14,055 nt of DNA from an uncultured Acidobacteriota bacterium (GTDB lineage: Bacteria; Acidobacteriota; UBA6911; RPQK01; JAPXNP01). Below, piece by piece: positions 7,315 to 14,055 of the stretch; within the stretch, counting starts at the first letter, position 1, and each line of letters opens with the position of its first letter. The notes below the pieces were generated by a model that worked only from the letters and a program-made list of their open reading frames with translations, was not told the origin of the DNA and did no database searches. A program made the translations under genes and the position numbers. Location of the stretch: the NCBI GenBank assembly GCA_963777605.1, contig CAVZRV010000034.1:1-14055 (forward strand), in the 5' to 3' direction.

Positions 7315-8346
7315 TTGGAAACCACAACACAGCTTCTAAGACGTCGATTCCTGGGCCTTCTTACCACGGTTTTGGCCGCTACTCGTCTCAAGGCGAGCGG
7401 GGCCGTCAAAACCGCCGCAAAGACCCTGATCGGCGTCACCGGTAGCCTCGATTTTAAATCGGCCGGCACCATCCTCCCCCATGAACATGTCATGTCACTA
7501 TTTGGGGCCCCTTTGACTGAAACACCGGAGTATGACAGGGCGAGCCTGCTTGCTGCAGTGATTCCATATCTCCAAAAACTGAGGCGCCTCGGATGCGGCA
7601 CCGTCGCGGACTGCACAACCGCCTATTTCGGACGAGAACCGGAACTCCTCAAGGAAATCTCTTCCGCTTCCGGGATTCGGATATTGACCAACACCGGCTA
7701 CTATGGTGCCGCCGACGACCGATACGTTCCGGCTCACGCTTATCGGGAGTCAGCCGAGCGGTTGGCTGCTCGCTGGATTCAGGAATTCAATGATGGGATC
7801 GGCAATTCCGGGATTCGGCCCGGGTTCCTCAAGACCGGGGTTGACAGTGGCCCTCTATCAGAGATCGACAGCAAATTGATACGGGCCGCTGCAATCACCC
7901 ATCGGGAGACCGGACTCACCATTGCGGCCCACACTGGGAATAACCCCGTTTCGGTTCGTCAACAACTCGGGATTCTCAGAGAGGAAGGGGTCGCGCCCTC
8001 AGCATGGATCTGGGTTCATGCTCATGCGGTTGAGGACCCCGAAGCGCTCCTTCCTGCAGCCGACGCTGGCGCCTGGATCGAACTGGACGGGGTCAGTCCG
8101 GAGAATGCGGAACGCCACTTCAAGCTGGTGACTTTCTTAAGGACGCGGGGTTATTCAGACCAAGTCCTACTTTCGCACGACGGCAACTCTTTCCGCTACG
8201 GGGGCCGCCCTGCAAAGCCATTCGACGGGCTGTTCACTACCTTCATTCCGCTCCTCAGGTCGCGGGAGTTCGAAACCCAGGAAATTGCCGATCTGGTCTC
8301 GCGCAATCCCTTTCGAGCGTTGGCCCCGCAAAAACGGCTCGTCTGA
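7315..8346 (+). CDS. Phosphotriesterase-family (amidohydrolase superfamily) hydrolase with twin-arginine signal
   Basis: Motifs: LPHEH (HxH metal ligands), DCT, GR, TNTGYY, PGFLKTG (carbamylated Lys position), AHTG, WVHAH, LLSHD. N-terminal RRRFLG followed by a hydrophobic stretch. GGAGG at 7302-7306 favours the in-frame TTG at 7312 or 7315 over 7300. Confidence 0.9.
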   Translation: METTTQLLRRRFLGLLTTVLAATRLKASGAVKTAAKTLIGVTGSLDFKSAGTILPHEHVMSLFGAPLTETPEYDRASLLAAVIPYLQKLRRLGCGTVADCTTAYFGREPELLKEISSASGIRILTNTGYYGAADDRYVPAHAYRESAERLAARWIQEFNDGIGNSGIRPGFLKTGVDSGPLSEIDSKLIRAAAITHRETGLTIAAHTGNNPVSVRQQLGILREEGVAPSAWIWVHAHAVEDPEALLPAADAGAWIELDGVSPENAERHFKLVTFLRTRGYSDQVLLSHDGNSFRYGGRPAKPFDGLFTTFIPLLRSREFETQEIADLVSRNPFRALAPQKRLV

Positions 8347-8564
8347 ACGGAGGCCATCGAAAGGCGGCGAACAGGCAAGATGCCTTTCACCCGGGTCTCG
8401 GTTTCAGAGACCGCGGTCAGAACCAGTCGGTCGACTTTCATTTCCCTGTTTTCGCCTGCCGCCTGCCCAATTGGCATCCGAATTGTCACACTTGCCGACC
8501 AGCCCCTGGCGTCCCAGCGTGCATCATGGAACACTAAGCAGAATACCCATATCCCGGTCAAAGG

Positions 8565-8951
8565 ATGAGCATGGTCGCAAGAGCACGTAACCTGGTGATG
8601 GCCCTTTTGGGTGCAGTTGGACTTCTCCTCAAGCAGAGCTACCACGGCCCATTCCAGGCAGTCGTCCATTCTCACGGCGGCAACTTCAGCGTTTCGTTTG
8701 CGCTCTATTTTGCGGCCGTGTCATCCACATCGCGGTACGGCCATGGACGATTCGTCGCAGCGGCCATCACGCTGCTTGTGGTCGAAGCATTTGAATTCAC
8801 AGACGGCTTCGGGATTATGGACAATACTTACGACCCAGTCGATTACCTCGCTAACGCTCTTGGGGTCGGTGCTGCAGTCGCGATGGACCACCTCTCCGGA
8901 CGAATCCTCCGCTACTTCGGGGCAGATATGGACCCCGAATACAGACGTTAG
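8565..8951 (+). CDS. Small hypothetical membrane protein (about 4 TM segments, DUF2809/VanZ-like motif)
   Basis: 128-aa ORF with alternating hydrophobic segments and an E-x-x-E...TYDPVDYLANALG motif, recalling the TFD-x-x-D-h-h-A motif of DUF2809/VanZ-like proteins. The start may be 8565 or 8571; AAGGA lies upstream. Confidence 0.7.
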   Translation: MSMVARARNLVMALLGAVGLLLKQSYHGPFQAVVHSHGGNFSVSFALYFAAVSSTSRYGHGRFVAAAITLLVVEAFEFTDGFGIMDNTYDPVDYLANALGVGAAVAMDHLSGRILRYFGADMDPEYRR

Positions 8952-9089
8952 CAAGAACCGACGTGCAGTCCCCCGCTCACCGACCGCACGCTCGAACTCG
9001 CCGCCAGGCCAACGGTTTATCCCGGATGCCAACCCGCATTCCTCACCAGACTCTAATCGGGAAGCAGCCTCAAAACCTGTCCGACCAGA

Positions 9090-10700
9090 CTACAAGTCAT
9101 CCGACGATCTCACGAGCTTCGCTGAGAGATCCGGATCCTTCAGGTCCCTGTCCAACGGAAACATCGGTCGGCGGATTCTCTTATACGGCAAGCGCTCCAG
9201 ATCCTGGTCCACGCCGCCCGGAGTCAGCGCCATGATCCAATCGGCCTGCATATCGTAGAGTTCCGGCTGCAGGTAGCCGATCTTCACGACCACGATATCG
9301 GTCTTGCGCGGATTCAGCCCAAGTTCGGTGAAGTCCTTCTCGTAGTGATAGGGCTTGCGCTTCTTCGTGACGATGACGTGAATGCTTCCGACTCGCACCG
9401 AGGCTTCCACTTCGGCGTCCTTGTCACCCTTCTGGATGGACTCCACGGTCCCCGCAATGTGCACCGGAGGGGCGTACCGGGAATCGACTTCGGCACCGGC
9501 ATAACCATCCACCTGCCCACCGACTCCCGCCGCAAGGATCTTCTCAATGAGCTTCGGTCCGGGGATCGAAGCGTAGATGAGCGATGGTCCATCTGGAGAC
9601 TTGAATTCGGGGCGCTTCAGCAACTGCGTCAGGGTCCAGGTCACGTCGCCAGCTCCGCCCGCGGTTGGGTTGTCTCCCATATCACTGATGAAAAACGGGT
9701 GCTTGTCACTCGCAAGTGCTTTTGCCAAGGCTGGTTCAAAAGGTTCGGTTGGTGCCACGAAGCCGAATTTCAGCCGAGCGTCCCAGAGCCCCTTGGCCAA
9801 ACCTTCGGCAGTCTCGACAACCTTTTCCTTGTCATCGCCGGTAACCATGACTGCGGCATGGTTGCGCGGTTCATCAGCCCACGCGTATCCGATCCAGATC
9901 GACGCGTTGACGATTCCCTCCTGGGCCGCCGCCGGAGCAACCGCCGCGTAGACACTCTTGCCAGGTTCAATCCGGGTGCTGGTCTTTTCTCCAGGCAACA
10001 GGATGGGAACCGCGATCAAGGCCTTGTACGCAGGCTTCCCTTTCCCGCTCTCGAGCCTCTCCAACAGTTTCTCCACCCCCCGTTCCCGAGTCTCGATCGC
10101 GTCTTCGTGGGGAGCCATGCGGTAGCAGGTGATCAGATCGGTGTTTTCCGCGAGCCGAGGTGAAACATTCCCATGCAGGTCCATGGAAGTGGAAACGACG
10201 GGCCTCTTCCCGATGACCTTGCGGATTCGGACCAGGAGATCCCCTTCCGGGTCATCAAGTCCGACCACACTCATTGCACCGTGAATATCGTAGACCAGTC
10301 CGTCATAAGGACCGTTCTTCTTGAGTCGATCGAGGGTCTGCTGAACCAACGACTCGTATGCCTCTCGCGTGACCGCACCTCCTGGAAGAGCCTTCCCAAG
10401 TAGAATCGGGACCCATTCAGCCCTCTGACGAATCGGCGACCCTTCGGCGAAAAATGGATACTGGGTAAAAATCTCGGCCCCGTACTTAGCGTGAAACGCT
10501 GCCTCATCAGTTACAGCAGGAGAGAAAGTACTCGACTCAATACTGAGTCCAGTGTAAGCAATCCGGGGAAGCGCTCGGGGGCTGTTGTTTGCCGAGCGGG
10601 CTTCCGAAACTGAGATCGAACCAACGGTCAAAGAAACCAGCAAGGCGGACAATATCATCAGGACGAGCGAACGATTTTGGGAGGAAATTCCAGGTTGCAT
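9090..10700 (-). CDS. M81 family metallopeptidase (MlrC-like) with N-terminal signal peptide, about 536 aa
   Basis: MlrC-family motifs: ESSTFSP, DIHGAM, DPEGDLL, SMDLHGN, YRMAPHED, DMGDNPTAGGAGD, VVVKIGY. ATG at 10700 precedes a hydrophobic segment and an A-x-S-A type cleavage region. Confidence 0.9.
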   Translation of the reverse strand: MQPGISSQNRSLVLMILSALLVSLTVGSISVSEARSANNSPRALPRIAYTGLSIESSTFSPAVTDEAAFHAKYGAEIFTQYPFFAEGSPIRQRAEWVPILLGKALPGGAVTREAYESLVQQTLDRLKKNGPYDGLVYDIHGAMSVVGLDDPEGDLLVRIRKVIGKRPVVSTSMDLHGNVSPRLAENTDLITCYRMAPHEDAIETRERGVEKLLERLESGKGKPAYKALIAVPILLPGEKTSTRIEPGKSVYAAVAPAAAQEGIVNASIWIGYAWADEPRNHAAVMVTGDDKEKVVETAEGLAKGLWDARLKFGFVAPTEPFEPALAKALASDKHPFFISDMGDNPTAGGAGDVTWTLTQLLKRPEFKSPDGPSLIYASIPGPKLIEKILAAGVGGQVDGYAGAEVDSRYAPPVHIAGTVESIQKGDKDAEVEASVRVGSIHVIVTKKRKPYHYEKDFTELGLNPRKTDIVVVKIGYLQPELYDMQADWIMALTPGGVDQDLERLPYKRIRRPMFPLDRDLKDPDLSAKLVRSSDDL

Positions 10701-11042
10701 AGAGATTACCAGACCTTTTTTGAGTGAAACCCGATATTCAATGCTGACTTCCAGGCAGAATTCAGCAAAGGGAGGCCTAAACCGCAACGAAGGCTCCGTT
10801 TACGATTATAGGGGAAACCGGCTACCAGGACGCCGATATCTGGATCAAGCATGAGGAGTGATGGCGCCAGGTACGGAAATGGGGGTAAGGCGAAGCCGCG
10901 CACCGGGCCCGCGGGTCAAGAATGAGACTCCGGCAATCGGGACCTCGACTGGGATTAGACAAAGAGATTTCCCGGGTAAGGAATTCCCCTAGCTCATTTT
11001 CGGAAAGCATCCGGTTGGAACGGCCTCGGGATCCTCTCATGA

Positions 11043-11063
11043 TGTTAACTGTTTTTGTTAACA
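11043..11063. promoter_or_regulatory. Inverted repeat TGTTAAC-N7-GTTAACA, candidate transcription-factor operator
   Basis: Perfect 7-bp arms at 11043-11049 and 11057-11063. The site is AT-rich in a GC-rich background and lies just upstream of the small Cys4 protein, in the divergent intergenic region shared with the M81 gene. Confidence 0.4.
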
Positions 11064-11069
11064 ACGTGC

Positions 11070-11303
11070 ATGGAGAGGATGTGCACATCCATGTGGAACC
11101 CGCAAGAAAATCTCGAGGGTTCTCGAGGAACGGTCCAAATAGTGAGGATCTGCGTATCCTGCCGAAGAATGCGGGATGACCGGGGCCGATGGCGGGCAAC
11201 TACGGTCCCGCATCTCGATGACTCAAGGATCGAGTACTCCCACGGCATCTGCGAAAAATGTGCCCGGGCGCTTTATCCCCAGTATTTCAACGGCCGTGAC
11301 TAA
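11070..11303 (+). CDS. Small stand-alone ICxxC...SHGICxxC (putative Zn-ribbon) protein
   Basis: VRICVSCRRMRDDRGRW...IEYSHGICEKCARALYP matches the IC-x-x-C-K-K-I-R-D-D-x-G-x-W...SHGIC-x-x-C tail seen on many PAS/receiver signalling proteins. The start is uncertain (ATG at 11070, 11079 or 11091); stop TAA at 11301-11303. Confidence 0.75.
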   Translation: MERMCTSMWNPQENLEGSRGTVQIVRICVSCRRMRDDRGRWRATTVPHLDDSRIEYSHGICEKCARALYPQYFNGRD

Positions 11304-11308
11304 CCACG

Positions 11309-11972
11309 TCACGACAGCACTTTAGTCCCCGACTTCGTGGAGATTTCTGCGATCAACCGGCTTTGCGGGGAAGCAGTGACCTCAATGGCTGCGTCCAGGA
11401 TTCGCAACAGGCGGCGCAGACGCTCCGGTTCAGCATGCTCAATTCGGAACCGCGCCAACTCACCCGCCCGGGGCAATGCCCTGGCTGGATGGGCAGTCGT
11501 GCCCCAATCGATCAGGAACGGAACGGCACCGTCTGGAGGCACTGAGTATGGGTCGGTCAAGCGCCACCTCAGGACCTGGCCATCCGGCGTCTCACGACTT
11601 CCGGGCAGCACTGGTCCAAGCAAAATCCCCACGTTTGACGCCGCCTCAACAACACCCTCGAGTTGAGCTGTTCTGAACACCCACGCGGACAGGGCGGGGC
11701 TCTCAAGGTAACGCTGCTGGAAGAGTCTTCCGCGACCAGGTTGCGGGGTCTCAGGGTCGGGGGCAATCACCTCCAGGTAGGTCGAGTCACCAAGCGAAAG
11801 AAGTGCATTACGAGTCCCCCATTCGAGGATGACGGCCGCCCGGCACGGGACGCATGCCCAGAATCGTCTCCACATAGTCCATTCCTGACTGGAGACTCGC
11901 TGGGGTCACGACCAGATGATCGATTCCACTTTCAATCGGCAGGGGATCACATTTTGTCCATGAATCCTGCAT
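11309..11972 (-). CDS. VOC family / glyoxalase-like (Glyoxalase_3 type) protein with an apparent +1 frameshift
   Basis: ATG at 11972 follows GGAGG and reads MQDSWTKCDPLPIESGIDHLVVTPASLQSGMDYVETILGMRPVPGGRHPRMG. One extra G in the run at 11816-11820 shifts to TRNALLSLGDSTYLEVIAPDP...GSRETPDGQVLRWRLT...PFLIDWG. DHLV, GGRH-x-x-x-GT-x-N, YLE and PFLIDW are family hallmarks. The 664-nt span equals 3n+1. Confidence 0.85.
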
Positions 11973-12265
11973 CCAACGGCCCTCCTCCCGGATGAGAGTA
12001 GCAGGATCCTTCTGAAACGGCCAAATTGGATGTTTGCTTCTTCGGATGTAACAATTGAGTTAAATAGTCCCCGAATGCTGGCGGGTTCAGTCCTCCCGCA
12101 TCAAGATTGAGCGGCCCGGTCCAAAATTCAAAGGTAGCTCCGATCTCGGGCTCAACACGAACCCGGCCTTCGTTTTCCCCGGCAAGTATTCGCGTCGGAA
12201 TCTCATCGGATTCATCCAAGTCAGCATCGAGGACTTCAACGGCGCAATAGAAAGGAAAAGCATCC

Positions 12266-12415
12266 ATGCTTTGGACAATATTTCTTATTCTTCTCATTCT
12301 TTGGTTTTTGGGTTTTGTGTCTGCCTATACGCTGGGAGGGTTCATCCACCTTCTACTCGTGCTTGCGGTGGTTGTACTGCTGATTCAGTTGATCACCGGA
12401 AGACGACCGGTCTAG
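12266..12415 (+). CDS. lmo0937-family (DUF5670-type) small membrane protein, 49 aa
   Basis: My translation: MLWTIFLILLILWFLGFVSAYTLGGFIHLLLVLAVVVLLIQLITGRRPV*. RBS AAAGGA lies upstream. It matches the family pattern MLWTI...LW-x-LG...GG-x-IH-x-LLV-x-A...GRR. Too short for the supplied ORF track. Confidence 0.9.
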   Translation: MLWTIFLILLILWFLGFVSAYTLGGFIHLLLVLAVVVLLIQLITGRRPV

Positions 12416-12472
12416 TACCCGCCCTTCCTCCCTCAAATGGAGGTAGAAGCAATTCGAATCAGGAGTATTGCA

Positions 12473-13932
12473 ATGAAGCACAAAACCAAACTCAAGACGG
12501 AGTTCTCAGGACCGCTTGTCCTGATTGCTCTCCTTCTCCTCAGCCTGACCGGCACTGCCGTGGCCCAGACCAAGCTGGAACCCGGCTTCAACCTTTTCTC
12601 GCCCCAGCAAGATGTCGAGATCGGCCGGCAATCCGCGAAAGAAGTGGAACAGCAGATGCCGATCCTGGACGCCCCAAGGATTGAGGACTACGTTACCCGG
12701 GTGGGGAAGCGACTCGCCCAGCGCGACCCCGGGCCGAATTTCCCTATCAGTTCAAGATTGTGGACACCGAGGAAATCAATGCATTCGCCCTCCCCGGCGG
12801 TTTCATGTTTCTGAATCGCGGTCTGATCGAGGCCGCGGACAACGAAGCCGAGTTGGCCGGAGTGATGGCCCACGAGATGGCTCACGTAGCCCTTCGACAC
12901 GGAACCAACCAGGCGTCGAAAGCCTACCTGGCCCAGGCGGGATTCGGGATTCTGGGAGGACTCCTCGGCAATGGCGGGACCGGTCAAATCATTGAAGCTA
13001 TCGGCGGATTTGGACTGAATGCCCTGTTCCTTAAGTTCAGTCGCTCGGCGGAAACCCAGGCAGATGTCCTCGGCACCCAGATCCTGGCGCGTGCCGGCTA
13101 CGATCCGATGGCGATGGTGACATTCTTCAACAAGCTTCGCAATGAATCAGGAGATCGCAGCGGAGTCGAACAATTTTTCAGCGACCACCCCTCTCCCGGG
13201 GACCGTGCTGAGCGGGTGCAGGAAGAGATCCGGCTGATCGGCGGAGTTGATCGACGGTCTCCTGTCGGGAATTTCCACCAGATCCAAGCCCGGCTCGATA
13301 GACTTCCACCGGCCCCGGATCGCAAGCTCGCAGAAAACCGGGGTCGGTACCCAACCGGCGGCAACTCGCCGGAAGTTCCGTCCCGGAGATTTGACGTCTT
13401 TGAAGCGAAAAGCGGTCTATTCCGGATCGCCTACCCTGATAACTGGGTGGCAAATCCGGATCCCCAGGGGTACGGAGTAACGATCGTCCCGAGAGGAGGC
13501 GTGGTCGCTACCGGCCAGGGTCGACAGGAGATCATCGAAGGCGTCATCATAAATCACTACGCACCTTTCGAGGACCGCCTCAGGAGCCGGTTTCAACGGC
13601 CTGAGGATAGTTCGACAATTCTCCGCGAAGCAACCGACGACCTGGTTCATCAAATACTCAGGTCTAATTCCTACCTCGAGGTTTCGGATGACTCCTGGAG
13701 GCGGGGCACCCTCGACGAAAGATCGTCTCTCTCAGTCCAACTCAGCGGAATCTCGCCGGTGACCGGTGAGCGTGAAGAGGTGAAGGTGTTTACCCGGCTG
13801 CTCCCAGACAATCACGTCATCTACACTATCTTTATCGCTCCTTCCAGGGAATTTTCCGAACTCGGGACAACCTTCGAAAGGATGCTGTCGAGTCTCGACG
13901 TGCGCGATGTTGGCGTCACACACGGGCGCTGA
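12473..13932 (+). CDS. Exported M48 family zinc metalloprotease with C-terminal extension; apparent one-base frameshift near 12742
   Basis: AGGAG RBS at 12461 and ATG at 12473, then a signal peptide (...LLLLSLTGTAVA-Q) and FNLFSPQQDVEIGRQ...YVTRVGKRL...PGPNFP. The second frame continues YQFKIVDTEEINAFALPGG, ELAGVMAHEMAH (HExxH), FSRSAETQAD, AGYDP, FFSDHP. The 1460-nt span equals 3n+2, so one base is missing. Confidence 0.88.
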
Positions 13933-14055
13933 CGATGAGCCTTCCTATGCCCAATTGACATCCGCGGTACGGCTGTCCGGATTACTTTCTTGCAGAAGCC
14001 AAGAGATCAGGAGAGGTTTCCCTCGCAATAATTGGCACCGGTCGTTCGACCGTGG

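Noticed and set aside
8196-9258. ORFs 8196..8675 (-), 8611..9258 (+), 8721..9032 (-) and 8963..9235 (+)
   Set aside because: They overlap the PTE, membrane-protein or M81 genes and lack motifs.
12081-12099. GCGGG-TTCAGTCCT-CCCGC hairpin resembling a tRNA T-arm
   Set aside because: The loop is 9 nt, and there is no acceptor stem, anticodon arm or CCA. It is not a tRNA or att remnant that I can support.
11947-12297. 116-aa minus-strand ORF
   Set aside because: It overlaps the starts and RBSs of both the VOC gene and the lmo0937-family gene, and I recognise no homology. The region is better read as a divergent promoter spacer, though a real gene is not fully excluded.
13955-14050. TTGACA (-35-like) at 13955 and TGGCAC (sigma54-like) at 14033
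   Set aside because: There is no correctly spaced -10 hexamer and no TTGC -12 element, respectively.

Overview
GC-rich bacterial DNA, probably Acidobacteriota (inferred from protein styles only). It is dominated by exported proteins and contains no rRNA, tRNA, CRISPR array or transposase. From left to right: (1) a 5'-truncated, frameshifted GH2 beta-galactosidase fragment running off the edge; (2) two tandem minus-strand genes for secreted Asp-box (BNR) beta-propeller proteins, each carrying two copies of an uncharacterised ~210-aa domain D, arranged D-propeller-D and propeller-propeller-D-D; (3) a secreted DUF4114-like protein; (4) a Tat-signal phosphotriesterase-family hydrolase; (5) a small membrane protein; (6) a secreted MlrC/M81 metallopeptidase; (7) a stand-alone CxxC...HGICxxC protein with two palindromes at its 5' end; (8) a VOC/glyoxalase gene; (9) a 49-aa lmo0937-family membrane protein missed by the ORF track; (10) an M48 metalloprotease with a C-terminal extension. 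Three genes (GH2, VOC, M48) have single-base indels in G/C homopolymers, which most likely are sequencing errors. The best candidate for an undescribed system is the domain-D/propeller surface-protein pair.
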